This document shows, piece after piece, positions 12,901 to 28,600 of a DNA stretch of 64,000 nucleotides (the stretch's first letter is position 1; each line of letters opens with the position of its first letter). The position numbers and the translations under genes are program-made. The DNA is from Eledone cirrhosa. Taxonomy: Eukaryota. The stretch lies in contig OZ024744.1 in NCBI GenBank assembly GCA_964016885.1, forward strand, positions 133,114,001-133,178,000, read 5' to 3'. Below the pieces are notes generated by a model. The model did no database searches and had not been told where the DNA came from. It was given only the letters and a program-made list of their open reading frames with translations.

Positions 12901-15900
12901 CTCAACCCCAACTTAACTTAACCCCAACTTAACTCAGCCCCAACTTAACTCAGCCCCAACTTAACTTAGCCACAACTTAACTTAACACCAACTTAACTTA
13001 ACCCCAACTTAACTTAACCCCAACTTAACTTAACCCCAACTTAACTTATCCCCAACTTAACTGAACCCCAACTTAACTTAACCCCAACTTAATATAACCC
13101 CAACTTAACTTAACCCCAACTTAACTCAACCCCAACTTAAATTAACCCCAACTTAACTTATCCCCAACTTAACTTAACCCCAACTTAATTAACCCCAACT
13201 TAAATTAACCCCAACTTAACTTAACACCAACTTAACGTAACCCCAACTTAAATAAACCCCAACTTAAATTAACCCCAACTTAACTTAACCCCAACTTAAC
13301 TTAACCCCAACTTAACTCAGCCCCAACTTAACTTAACCCCAACTTAACTTAACCCCAACTTAACTTATCCCCAACTTAACTTAACCCCAACTTAACTTAA
13401 ACCCAACTTAACTTAACCCCAACTTAAATTATCCCCAACTTAACTTATCCCCAACTTAACTTAACCCCAACTTAACTTAACCCCAACTTAACTTAACCCC
13501 AACTTAATTTAACCCCAACTTAAGTTAACCCCAACTTAACTTAACCCCAACTTAACTTAACCACAAATTAACTTAACCCCAACTTAACTTAACCCCAACT
13601 TAACTTAACCCCAACTTAACTTAACCCCAACTTAACTTAAACCTAACTTAACTTAACCCCAACTTAACCCCAACTTAACTTGACCCCAACTTAACTTAAC
13701 CCCAACTTAACTCAACCCCAACTTAACTTAACCCCAACTTAACTCAGCCCCAAATTAACTCAGCCCCAACTTAACTTAGCCCCAACTTACCTTAACACCA
13801 ACTTAACTTAACCCCAACTTAACTTAACCCCAACTTAACTTAACCCCAACTTAACTTATCCCCAACTTAACTGAACCCCAACTTAACTTAACCCCAACTT
13901 AATATAACCCCAACTTAAATTAACCCCAACTTAACTCAACCCCAACTTAAATTAACCCCAACTTAACTTAACCCCAACTTAACTTAACCCCAACTTAATT
14001 AACCCCAACTTAAATTAACCCCAACTTAACTTAACACCAACTTAACGTAACCCCAACTTAACTTAACCCCAACTTAACTTAAACCTAACTTAACTTAACC
14101 CCAACTTAACCCCAACTTAACTTGACCCCAATTTAACTTAACCTCAACTTAACTTAACCCCAACTTAACTTAACCCCATCTTAACTTAACCCCAACTTAA
14201 CTTAACCCCAACTTAACTTAACCCCACTTTAATTAACCCCAACTTAACTTAACCCCAACTTAACTTAACCCCGACTTAACTTAACCCCAACTTAACTTAA
14301 CCCCAACTTAACTTAACCCCAACTTAACTTAACCACAAATTAACTTAACCCCAACTTAACTTAACCCCAACTTAACTTAACCCCAACTTAACTTAACCCC
14401 AACTTAACTTAACCCCAACTTAACTTAAACCTAACCTAACTTAACCCCAACTTAACCCCAACTTAACTTGACCCCAACTTAACTTAACCCCAACTTAACT
14501 CAACCCCAACTTAACTTAACCCCAACTTAAGTCAGCCCCAACTTAACTCAGCCCCAACTTAACTTAGCCACAACTTAACTTAACACCAACTTAACTTAAC
14601 CCCAACTTAACTTAACCCCAACTTAACTTAACCCCAACTTAACTTATCCCCAACTTAACTGAACCCCAACTTAACTTAACCCTAACTTAATATAACCCCA
14701 ACTTAACTTAACCCCAACTTAACTCAACCCCAACTTAAATTAACCCCAACTTAACTTATCCCCAACTTAACTTAACCCCAACTTAATTAACCCCAACTTA
14801 AATTAACCCCAACTTAACTTAACACCAACTTAACGTAACCCCAACTTAAATAAACCCCAACTTAAATTAACCCCAACTTAACTTAACCCCAACTTAAATT
14901 AACCCCAACTTAACTCAGCCCCAACTTAACTTAGCCCCAACTTAACTTAACCCCAACTTAACTTAACCCCAACTTAACTTAACCCCAACTTAACTTAAAC
15001 CTAACTTAACTTAACCCCAACTTAACCCCAGCTTAACTTGACCCCAACTTAACTTAACCCCAACTTAACTCAACCCCAACTTAACTTAACCCCAACTTAA
15101 CTCAGCCCCAACTTAACTCAGCCCCAACTTAACTTAGCCCCAACTTAACTTAACACCAACTTAACTTAACCCCAACTTAACTTAACCCCAACTTAACTTA
15201 ACCCCAACTTAACTTATCCCCAACTTAACTGAACCCCAACTTAACTTAACCCCAACTTAATATAACCCCAACTTAACTTAACCCCAACTTAACTCAACCC
15301 CAACTTAAATTAACCCCAACTTAACTTAACCCCAACTTAACTTAACCCCAACTTAATTAACCCCAACTTAAATTAACCCCAACTTAACTTAACACCAACT
15401 TAACGTAACCCCAACTTAACTTAACCCCAACTTAACTTAAACCTAACTTAACTTAACCCCAACTTAACCCCAACTTAACTTGACCCCAACTTAACTTAAC
15501 CCCAACTTAACTCAACCCCAACTTAACTTAACCCCAACTTAACTCAGCCCCAACTTAACTCAGCCCCAACTTAACTTAGCCCCAACTTAACTTAACACCA
15601 ACTTAACTTAACCCCAACTTAACTTAACCCCAACTTAACTTAACCCCAACTTAACTTATCCCCAACTTAACTGAACCCCAACTTAACTGAACCCCAACTT
15701 AAATTAACCCCAACTTAACTTAACCCCAACTTAACTTAACCCCAACTTAACTCAACACCAACTTAACTCAACCCCAACTTAACTCAACCCCAATTTAACT
15801 CAACCCCAACTTAACTCAACCCCAACTTAAGTTAACCCCAACTTAACTGAACCCTAACTTAACTTAACCCCGACTTAACTTAACCCCGACTTAACTTAAC

Positions 15901-17376
15901 CCCAACTTAACTTAACCCCAACTTAACTTAACCCCAACTTAACTTAACCCCAACTTAACTTAACCCCATCTTAACCCCAACTTAACTTAACCCCAACTTA
16001 ACTGAACCCCAACTTAACTTAACCCCAACTTAAATAAACCCCAACTTAACTCAGCCCCAACTTAACTTAGCCCCAACTTAACTTAACCCCAACTTAACTT
16101 AACCCCAACTTAACTTAACCCCAACTTAACTTAACCCCAACTTAACTTAACCCCAACTTAACTTAAACCCAACTTAACTTAACCCCAACTTAAATTATCC
16201 CCAACTTAACTTATCCCCAACTTAACTTAACCCCAACTTAAATTAACCCCAACTTAACTTAACCACAACTTAACTTAACCCCGACTTAACTTAACCCCAA
16301 CTTAACTTAACCCCAACTTAACTTAACCCCAACTTAACCCCAACTTAACTTGACCCCAACTTAAATTAACCCCAACTTAACTCAACCCCAACTTAACTTA
16401 ACCCCAACTTAGCTCAGCCCCAACTTAACTCAGCCCCAACTTAACTTAGCCCCAACTTAACTTAACACCAACTTAACTTAACCCCACCGTAACTTAACCC
16501 CAACTTAACTTAACCCCAACTTAACTTATCCCCAACTTAACTGAACCCCAACTTAACTTAACCCCAACTTAATATAACCCCAACTTAACTTAACCCCAAC
16601 TTAACTCAACCCCAACTTAAATTAACCCCAACTTAACTTAACCCCAACTTAACTTAACCCCAACTTAATTAACCCCAATTTAAATTAACCCCAACTTAAC
16701 TTAACACCAACTTAACGTAACCCCAACTTAATTTAACCCCAACTTAAATTAACCCCAACTTAACTTGCCCCCAACTTAACTTACCCCCAACGTAACTTAA
16801 CCCCAACTTAATTTAACCCCAACTTAATTTAACCCCAACTTAACTTAACCCCAAATTAACTCAACCCCAACTTAACTCAACCCCAACTTAACTTAACCCC
16901 AACTTAACTTAACCCCAACTTAACTTAACCACAAATTAACTTAGCCCCAACTTAAATTAACCCCAACTTAACTCAACCACAACTTAACTTAACCCCGAGC
17001 TAACTTAACCCCAACTTAACTTAACCCCAACTTAACTTAACCCCAACTTCACTCAACCCCAACTTAACTCAACCCCAACTTAACCCCAACTTAACTTAAC
17101 CCCAACTTAAATTAACCACAAAGTTAACTTAACCCCAATTTAAATTAACCCCAACTTAACTTAACCCCAACTTAACATAACCACCACTTAATTAACCCCA
17201 ACTTAACTCAACCCCAACTTAACTTAACCCTAACTTAACTTAAACCCAACTTAACCGCAACTTAACTTAACCCCAACTTAACTTACCCCCAACTTAACTT
17301 ACCCCCAACTTAACTGAACCCCAACTTAAGTTAAGCCTAACTTAACTTAACGCCAACTTAACTTAACCCCGACTTA

Positions 17377-17549
17377 GGGCTTAAGTTAAGTTGGGGCTAA
17401 GTTAAGTTGGGGTTAAGTCAAGTTGGAAGTTGTGGTTGAGTGAAGTTGGGGTTAAGTTAAGTTGGGGTTGAGTGAAGTTGGGGTTAAGTTAAGTTGGGGT
17501 TGAGTTACGTTGGGGTTGAGTGAAGTTGGGGTTAAGTTAAGTTGGGGTT
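17377..17549 (-). repeat. Inverted satellite block, copy 3 (173 bp, type B, starts GGGCTTAAG)
   Basis: Same junctions as copy 1; differs by GGGCAT to GGGCTT. Confidence 0.97.
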
Positions 17550-20500
17550 AACCCCAACTTAACTTAACCCCAACTTAACTTAACCCCAACTTAACTTAAC
17601 CCCAACTTAACTTAAACCTAACTTACTTAACCCCAGCTTAACCCCAACTTAACTTGACCCCAACTTAACTTAACCCCAACTTAACTCAGCCCCAACTTAA
17701 CTCAGCCCCAACTTAACTTAGCCCCAACTTAACTTAACACCAACTTAACTTAACCCCAACTTAACTTAACCCCAACTTAACTTAACCCCAACTTAACTTA
17801 TACCCAACTTAACTGAACCCCAACTTAACTTAACCCCAACTTAATATAACCCCAACTTAACTTAACCCCAACTTAACTCAACCCCAACTTAAATTAACCC
17901 CAACTTAACTTAACCCCAACTTAATTAACCCCAACTTAAATTAACCCCAACTTAACTTAACACCAACTTAACGTAACCCCAACTTAAATAAACCCCAACT
18001 TAAATTAACCCCAACTTAACTTAACCCCAACTTAACTTAACCCCAACTTAACTTAACCCCAACTTAACTTATCCCCAACTTAACTTAACCCCAACTTAAC
18101 TTAAACCCAACTTAACTTAACCCCAACTTAACTTAACCCCAACTTAATTTAACCCCAACTTAACTTAACCTCAACTTAACTTAACCCCAACTTAACTTAA
18201 CCCCAACTTAACTTAACCCCAACTTAATTTAACCCCAACTTAACTTAACCTCAACTTAACTTAGCCCCAACTTAACTTAACCCCAACTTAAATTAACCCC
18301 AACTTAACTTAACCCCAACTTAACTTAACCCCGACTTAACTTAACCCCAACTAAACTTAACCCCAACTTAACTTAACCCCAACTTAACTTAACCACAAAT
18401 TAACTTAACCCCAACTTAACTTAACCCCAACTTAACTTAACCCCAACTTAACTTAACCCCAACTTAACTTAACCCCAACTTAATTTAACCCCAACTTAAC
18501 TTAACCTCAACTTAACTTAACCCCAACTTAACTTAACCCCAACTTAAATTAACCCCAACTTAACTTAACCCCAACTTAACTTAACCCCAACTTAATTAAC
18601 CCCAACTTAAATTAACACCAACTTAACTTAACACCAACTTAACGTAACCCCAACTTAATTTAACCCCAACTTAAATTAACCCCAACTTAACTTGCCCCCA
18701 ACTTAACTTACCCCCAACTTAACTTAACCCCAACTTAATTTAACCCCAACTTAATTTAACCCCAACTTAACTTAAACCCAACTTAACTTAACCCCAACTT
18801 AACTTAACCCCAAATTAACTCAACCCCAACTTAACTCAACCCCAACTTAACTTAACCCCAACTTAACTTAACCCCAACTTGACTTAACCACAAATTAACT
18901 TAGCCCCAACTTAAATTAACCCCAACTTAACTCAACCACAACTTAACTTAACCCCGACTTAACTTAACCCCACCTTAACTTAACCTCAACTTAACTTAAC
19001 TGCAACTTAACTTAACCCCAACTTAACTTAACCCCAACTTAACTCAACACCAACTTAACTCAACCCCAACTTAACTCAACGCCAATTTAACTCAACCCCA
19101 ACTTAACTCAACCCCAACTTAAATTAACCCCAACTTAACTTAAACTCAACTTAACTAACCAACTTAACTTAACCCCAACTTAACTTGACCCCAACTTAAC
19201 TTAACCCCAACTTAACTTAAACCCAACTTAACTTAACCCCAACTTAACTTAACCCCAACTTAACTTAACCCCAACTTAACCCCAAATTAAATTAACCTCA
19301 ACTTAACTTAACCCCAACTTAACTTAGCCCCAACTTAACTTAGCCCCAACTTAACTTAGCCCCAACTTAACTTAACCCCAACTTAACTTAACCGCACCTT
19401 AACTTAACCTCAACTTAACTTAACTGCAACTTAACTTAACCCCAACTTAACTTAACCCCAACTTAACTCAAAACCAACTTAACTCAACCCCAACTTAACT
19501 CAACCCCAATTTAACTCAACCCCAACTTAACTCAACCCCAACTTAACTTAACCCCAACTTAACTGAACCCTAACTTAACTTAACCCCGACTTAACTTAAC
19601 CCCGACTTAACTTAACCCCAACTTAACTTAACCCCAACTTAACTTAACCCCAACTTAACTTAACCCCAACTTAATTTAACCCCATCTTAACCCCAACTTA
19701 TCTTAACCCCAACTTAACTGAACCCCAACTTAATTTAACCCCAACTTAAATAAACCCCAACTTAACTTAACCCCAACTTAACTTAACCCCAACTTAACTT
19801 AACCCCAACTTAACTCAGCCCCAACTTAAATTAGCCCCAACTTAACTTAACCCCAACTTAACCCCAACTTAACTTAACCCCAAATTAACTTAACCCCAAC
19901 TTAACTTAACCCCAACTTAACTTAAACCCAACTTAACTTAACCCCAACTTAAATTATCCCCAACTTAACTTATCCCCAACTTAACTTAACCCCAACTTAA
20001 CTTAACCCCAACTTAACTTAACCCCAACTTAATTGAACCCCAACTTAACTTAACCTCAACTTAACTTAACCCCAACTTAACTTAACCCCATCTTAACTTA
20101 ACCCCATCTTAACTTAACCCCAACTTAACTTAACCCCAACTTAACTTAACTCCAACTTAACTTAACCCCGACTTAACTTAACCCCAACTTAACTTAACCC
20201 CAACTTAACTTAACCCCAACTTAACTTAATCACAGATTAACTTAACCCCAACTTAACTTAACCCCAACTTAACTTAACCCCAACTTAACTTAACCCCAAC
20301 TTAACTTAACCCCAACTTAACTTAAACCTAACTTAACTTAACCCCAACTTAACCCCAACTTAACCTTGACCCCAACTTAACTTAACCCCAACTTAACTCA
20401 ACCCCAACTTAACTTAACCCCAACTTAACTTAACCCCAACTTAACTTAACCCCAACTTAACTTAACCCCAACTTAACTTAACCCCAACTTAAATAAACCC

Positions 20501-23500
20501 CAACTTAACTTAACCCCAACTTAACTTAACCCCAACTTAACTTAACCCCAACTTAACTCAGCCCCAACTTAACTTAGCCCCAACTTAACTTAACCCCAAC
20601 TTAACTTAACCCCAACTTAACTTAACCCCAACTTAACTTAAACCCAACTTAACTTAACCCCAACTTAAATAAACCCCAACTTAACTTAACCCCAACTTAA
20701 CTTAACCCCAACTTAACTAAACCCCAACTTAACTCAGCCCCAACTTAACTTAGCCCCAACTTAACTTAACCCCAACTTAACTTAACCCCAACTTAACTTA
20801 ACCCCAACTTAACTTAACCCCAACTTAACTTGACCCCAACTTAACTTAACCCCAACTTAACTCAACCCCAACTTAACTTAACCCCAACTTAACTCAGCCC
20901 CAACTTAACTCAGCCCCAACTTAACTTAGCCACAACTTAACTTAACACCAACTTAACTTAACCCCAACTTAACTTAACCCCAACTTAACTTAACCCCAAC
21001 TTAACTTATCCCCAACTTAACTGAACCCCAACTTAACTTAACCCCAACTTAATATAACCCCAACTTAACTTAACCCCAACTTAACTCAACCCCAACTTAA
21101 ATTAACCCCAACTTAACTTATCCCCAACTTAACTTAACCCCAACTTAATTAACCCCAACTTAAATTAACCCCAACTTAACTTAACACCAACTTAACGTAA
21201 CCCCAACTTAAATAAACCCCAACTTAAATTAACCCCAACTTAACTTAACCCCAACTTAACTTAACCCCAACTTAACTCAGCCCCAACTTAACTTAACCCC
21301 AACTTAACTTAACCCCAACTTAACTTATCCCCAACTTAACTTAACCCCAACTTAACTTAAACCCAACTTAACTTAACCCCAACTTACATTATCCCCAACT
21401 TAACTTATCCCCAACTTAACTTAACCCCAACTTAACTTAACCCCAACTTAACTTAACCCCAACTTAATTTAACCCCAACTTAAGTTAACCCCAACTTAAC
21501 TTAACCCCAACTTAACTTAACCACAAATTAACTTAACCCCAACTTAACTTAACCCCAACTTAACTTAACCCCAACTTAACTTAACCCCAACTTAACTTAA
21601 ACCTAACTTAACTTAACCCCAACTTAACCCCAACTTAACTTGACCCCAACTTAACTTAACCCCAACTTAACTCAACCCCAACTTAACTTAACCCCAACTT
21701 AACTCAGCCCCAAATTAACTCAGCCCCAACTTAACTTAGCCCCAACTTACCTTAACACCAACTTAACTTAACCCCAACTTAACTTAACCCCAACTTAACT
21801 TAACCCCAACTTAACTTATCCCCAGCTTAACTGAACCCCAACTTAACTTAACCCCAACTTAATATAACCCCAACTTAAATTAACCCCAACTTAACTCAAC
21901 CCCAACTTAAATTAACCCCAACTTAACTTAACCCCAACTTAACTTAACCCCAACTTAATTAACCCCAACTTAAATTAACCCCAACTTAACTTAACACCAA
22001 CTTAACGTAACCCCAACTTAACTTAACCCCAACTTAACTTAAACCTAACTTAACTTAACCCCAACTTAACCCCAACTTAACTTGACCCCAATTTAACTTA
22101 ACCTCAACTTAACTTAACCCCAACTTAACTTAACCCCATCTTAACTTAACCCCAACTTAACTTAACCCCAACTTAACTTAACCCCACTTTAATTAACCCC
22201 AACTTAACTTAACCCCAACTTAACTTAACCCCGACTTAACTTAACCCCAACTTAACTTAACCCCAACTTAACTTAACCCCAACTTAACTTAACCACAAAT
22301 TAACTTAACCCCAACTTAACTTAACCCCAACTTAACTTAACCCCAACTTAACTTAACCCCAACTTAACTTAACCCCAACTTAACTTAAACCTAACCTAAC
22401 TTAACCCCAACTTAACCCCAACTTAACTTGACCCCAACTTAACTTAACCCCAACTTAACTCAACCCCAACTTAACTTAACCCCAACTTAACTCAGCCCCA
22501 ACTTAACTCAGCCCCAACTTAACTTAGCCACAACTTAACTTAACACCAACTTAACTTAACCCCAACTTAACTTAACCCCAACTTAACTTAACCCCAACTT
22601 AACTTATCCCCAACTTAACTGAACCCCAACTTAACTTAACCCTAACTTAATATAACCCCAACTTAACTTAACCCCAACTTAACTCAACCCCAACTTAAAT
22701 TAACCCCAACTTAACTTATCCCCAACTTAACTTAACCCCAACTTAATTAACCCCAACTTAAATTAACCCCAACTTAACTTAACACCAACTTAACGTAACC
22801 CCAACTTAAATAAACCCCAACTTAAATTAACCCCAACTTAACTTAACCCCAACTTAAATTAACCCCAACTTAACTCAGCCCCAACTTAACTTAGCCCCAA
22901 CTTAACTTAACCCCAACTTAACTTAACCCCAACTTAACTTAACCCCAACTTAACTTAAACCTAACTTAACTTAACCCCAACTTAACCCCAACTTAACTTG
23001 ACCCCAACTTAACTTAACCCCAACTTAACTCAACCCCAACTTAACTTAACCCCAACTTAACTCAGCCCCAACTTAACTCAGCCCCAACTTAACTTAGCCC
23101 CAACTTAACTTAACACCAACTTAACTTAACCCCAACTTAACTTAACCCCAACTTAACTTAACCCCAACTTAACTTATCCCCAACTTAACTGAACCCCAAC
23201 TTAACTTAACCCCAACTTAATATAACCCCAACTTAACTTAACCCCAACTTAACTCAACCCCAACTTAAATTAACCCCAACTTAACTTAACCCCAACTTAA
23301 CTTAACCCCAACTTAATTAACCCCAACTTAAATTAACCCCAACTTAACTTAACACCAACTTAACGTAACCCCAACTTAACTTAACCCCAACTTAACTTAA
23401 ACCTAACTTAACTTAACCCCAACTTAACCCCAACTTAACTTGACCCCAACTTAACTTAACCCCAACTTAACTCAACCCCAACTTAACTTAACCCCAACTT

Positions 23501-25480
23501 AACTCAGCCCCAACTTAACTCAGCCCCAACTTAACTTAGCCCCAACTTAACTTAACACCAACTTAACTTAACCCCAACTTAACTTAACCCCAACTTAACT
23601 TAACCCCAACTTAACTTATCCCCAACTTAACTGAACCCCAACTTAACTGAACCCCAACTTAAATTAACCCCAACTTAACTTAACCCCAACTTAACTTAAC
23701 CCCAACTTAACTCAACACCAACTTAACTCAACCCCAACTTAACTCAACTCCAATTTAACTCAACCCCAACTTAACTCAACCCCAACTTAAGTTAACCCCA
23801 AATTAACTGAACCCTAACTTAACTTAACCCCGACTTAACTTAACCCCGACTTAACTTAACCCCAACTTAACTTAACCCCAACTTAACTTAACCCCAACTT
23901 AACTTAACCCCAACTTAATTTAACCCCATCTTAACCCCAACTTAACTTAACCCCAACTTAACTGAACCCCAACTTAACTTAACCCCAACTTAAATAAACC
24001 CCAACTTAACTCAGCCCCAACTTAACTTAGCCCCAACTTAACTTAACCCCAACTTAACTTAACCCCAACTTAACTTAACCCCAACTTAACTTAACCCCAA
24101 CTTAACTTAACCCCAACTTAACTTAAACCCAACTTAACTTAACCCCAACTTAAATTATCCCCAACTTAACTTATCCCCAACTTAACTTAACCCCAACTTA
24201 ACTTAACCCCAACTTAACTTAACCCCAACTTAATTTAACCCCAACTTAACTTAACCTCAACTTAACTTAACCCCAACTTAACTTAACCCCATCTTAACTT
24301 AACCCCAACTTAACTTAACCCCAACTTAACTTAACCCCAACTTAAATTAACCCCAACTTAACTTAACCCCAACTTAACTTAACCCCGACTTAACTTAACC
24401 CCAACTTAACTTAACCCCAACTTAACTTAACCCCAACTTAACCCCAACTTAACTTGACCCCAACTTAAATTAACCCCAACTTAACTCAACCCCAACTTAA
24501 CTTAACCCCAACTTAGCTCAGCCCCAACTTAACTCAGCCCCAACTTAACTTAGCCCCAACTTAACTTAACACCAACTTAACTTAACCCCACCTTAACTTA
24601 ACCCCAACTTAACTTAACCCCAACTTAACTTATCCCCAACTTAACTGAACCCCAACTTAACTTAACCCCAACTTAATATAACCCCAACTTAACTTAACCC
24701 CAACTTAACTCAACCCCAACTTAAATTAACCCCAACTTAACTTAACCCCAACTTAACTTAACCCCAACTTAATTAACCCCAATTTAAATTAACCCCAACT
24801 TAACTTAACACCAACTTAACGTAACCCCAACTTAATTTAACCCCAACTTAAATTAACCCCAACTTAACTTGCCCCCAACTTAACTTACCCCCAACGTAAC
24901 TTAACCCCAACTTAATTTAACCCCAACTTAATTTAACCCCAACTTAACTTAACCCCAAATTAACTCAACCCCAACTTAACTCAACCCCAACTTAACTTAA
25001 CCCCAACTTAACTTAACCCCAACTTAACTTAACCACAAATTAACTTAGCCCCAACTTAAATTAACCCCAACTTAACTCAACCACAACTTAACTTAACCCC
25101 GAGCTAACTTAACCCCAACTTAACTTAACCCCAACTTAACTTAACCCCAACTTCACTCAACCCCAACTTAACTCAACCCCAACTTAACCCCAACTTAACT
25201 TAACCCCAACTTAAATTAACCACAAAGTTAACTTAACCCCAATTTAAATTAACCCCAACTTAACTTAACCCCAACTTAACATAACCACCACTTAATTAAC
25301 CCCAACTTAACTCAACCCCAACTTAACTTAACCCTAACTTAACTTAACCCCAACTTAACCGCAACTTAACTTAACCCCAACTTAACTTACCCCCAACTTA
25401 ACTTACCCCCAACTTAACTGAACCCCAACTTAAGTTAAGCCTAACTTAACTTAACGCCAACTTAACTTAACCCCGACTTA

Positions 25481-25653
25481 GGGCTTAAGTTAAGTTGGGG
25501 CTAAGTTAAGTTGGGGTTAAGTCAAGTTGGAAGTTGTGGTTGAGTGAAGTTGGGGTTAAGTTAAGTTGGGGTTGAGTGAAGTTGGGGTTAAGTTAAGTTG
25601 GGGTTGAGTTACGTTGGGGTTGAGTGAAGTTGGGGTTAAGTTAAGTTGGGGTT
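25481..25653 (-). repeat. Inverted satellite block, copy 4 (173 bp, type B)
   Basis: Matches copy 3 by eye; offset 8104 bp. Confidence 0.97.
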
Positions 25654-28600
25654 AACCCCAACTTAACTTAACCCCAACTTAACTTAACCCCAACTTAACT
25701 TAACCCCAACTTAACTTAAACCTAACTTACTTAACCCCAGCTTAACCCCAACTTAACTTGACCCCAACTTAACTTAACCCCAACTTAACTCAGCCCCAAC
25801 TTAACTCAGCCCCAACTTAACTTAGCCCCAACTTAACTTAACACCAACTTAACTTAACCCCAACTTAACTTAACCCCAACTTAACTTAACCCCAACTTAA
25901 CTTATACCCAACTTAACTGAACCCCAACTTAACTTAACCCCAACTTAATATAACCCCAACTTAACTTAACCCCAACTTAACTCAACCCCAACTTAAATTA
26001 ACCCCAACTTAACTTAACCCCAACTTAATTAACCCCAACTTAAATTAACCCCAACTTAACTTAACACCAACTTAACGTAACCCCAACTTAAATAAACCCC
26101 AACTTAAATTAACCCCAACTTAACTTAACCCCAACTTAACTTAACCCCAACTTAACTTAACCCCAACTTAACTTATCCCCAACTTAACTTAACCCCAACT
26201 TAACTTAAACCCAACTTAACTTAACCCCAACTTAACTTAACCCCAACTTAATTTAACCCCAACTTAACTTAACCTCAACTTAACTTAACCCCAACTTAAC
26301 TTAACCCCAACTTAACTTAACCCCAACTTAATTTAACCCCAACTTAACTTAACCTCAACTTAACTTAGCCCCAACTTAACTTAACCCCAACTTAAATTAA
26401 CCCCAACTTAACTTAACCCCAACTTAACTTAACCCCGACTTAACTTAACCCCAACTAAACTTAACCCCAACTTAACTTAACCCCAACTTAACTTAACCAC
26501 AAATTAACTTAACCCCAACTTAACTTAACCCCAACTTAACTTAACCCCAACTTAACTTAACCCCAACTTAACTTAACCCCAACTTAATTTAACCCCAACT
26601 TAACTTAACCTCAACTTAACTTAACCCCAACTTAACTTAACCCCAACTTAAATTAACCCCAACTTAACTTAACCCCAACTTAACTTAACCCCAACTTAAT
26701 TAACCCCAACTTAAATTTAAAACCAACTTAACTTAACACCAACTTAACGTAACCCCAACTTAATTTAACCCCAACTTAAATTAACCCCAACTTAACTTGC
26801 CCCCAACTTAACTTATCCCCAACTTAACTTAACCCCAACTTAATTTAACCCCAACTTAATTTAACCCCAACTTAACTTAAACCCAACTTAACTTAACCCC
26901 AACTTAACTTAACCCCAAATTAACTCAACCCCAACTTAACTCAACCCCAACTTAACTTAACCCCAACTTAACTTAACCCCAACTTGACTTAACCACAAAT
27001 TAACTTAGCCCCAACTTAAATTAACCCCAACTTAACTCAACCACAACTTAACTTAACCCCGACTTAACTTAACCCCACCTTAACTTAACCTCAACTTAAC
27101 TTAACTGCAACTTAACTTAACCCCAACTTAACTTAACCCCAACTTAACTCAACACCAACTTAACTCAACCCCAACTTAACTCAACGCCAATTTAACTCAA
27201 CCCCAACTTAACTCAACCCCAACTTAAATTAACCCCAACTTAACTTAAACTCAACTTAACTAACCAACTTAACTTAACCCCAACTTAACTTGACCCCAAC
27301 TTAACTTAACCCCAACTTAACTTAAACCCAACTTAACTTAACCCCAACTTAACTTAACCCCAACTTAACTTAACCCCAACTTAACCCCAAATTAAATTAA
27401 CCTCAACTTAACTTAACCCCAACTTAACTTAGCCCCAACTTAACTTAGCCCCAACTTAACTTAGCCCCAACTTAACTTAACCCCAACTTAACTTAACCGC
27501 ACCTTAACTTAACCTCAACTTAACTTAACTGCAACTTAACTTAACCCCAACTTAACTTAACCCCAACTTAACTCAAAACCAACTTAACTCAACCCCAACT
27601 TAACTCAACCCCAATTTAACTCAACCCCAACTTAACTCAACCCCAACTTAACTTAACCCCAACTTAACTGAACCCTAACTTAACTTAACCCCGACTTAAC
27701 TTAACCCCGACTTAACTTAACCCCAACTTAACTTAACCCCAACTTAACTTAACCCCAACTTAACTTAACCCCAACTTAATTTAACCCCATCTTAACCCCA
27801 ACTTATCTTAACCCCAACTTAACTGAACCCCAACTTAATTTAACCCCAACTTAAATAAACCCCAACTTAACTTAACCCCAACTTAACTTAACCCCAACTT
27901 AACTTAACCCCAACTTAACTCAGCCCCAACTTAACTTAGCCCCAACTTAACTTAACCCCAACTTAACCCCAACTTAACTTAACCCCAAATTAACTTAACC
28001 CCAACTTAACTTAACCCCAACTTAACTTAAACCCAACTTAACTTAACCCCAACTTAAATTATCCCCAACTTAACTTATCCCCAACTTAACTTAACCCCAA
28101 CTTAACTTAACCCCAACTTAACTTAACCCCAACTTAATTGAACCCCAACTTAACTTAACCTCAACTTAACTTAACCCCAACTTAACTTAACCCCATCTTA
28201 ACTTAACCCCATCTTAACTTAACCCCAACTTAACTTAACCCCAACTTAACTTAACTCCAACTTAACTTAACCCCGACTTAACTTAACCCCAACTTAACTT
28301 AACCCCAACTTAACTTAACCCCAACTTAACTTAACCACAGATTAACTTAACCCCAACTTAACTTAACCCCAACTTAACTTAACCCCAACTTAACTTAACC
28401 CCAACTTAACTTAACCCCAACTTAACTTAAACCTAACTTAACTTAACCCCAACTTAACCCCAACTTAACCTTGACCCCAACTTAACTTAACCCCAACTTA
28501 ACTCAACCCCAACTTAACTTAACCCCAACTTAACTCAGCCCCAACTTAACTCAGCCCCAACTTAACTTAGCCACAACTTAACTTAACACCAACTTAACTT

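Larger units (their letters stand above)
12400..28520 (+). repeat. Tandem duplication of about 8 kb (about 12400-20420 vs about 20420-28520)
   Basis: ACCCCACTTT at 14221/22181 gives offset 7960; inversion starts 17377/25481 give 8104, which is 7960 plus 9 monomers; CACAGATT at 20235/28340 gives 8105. Confidence 0.8.
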
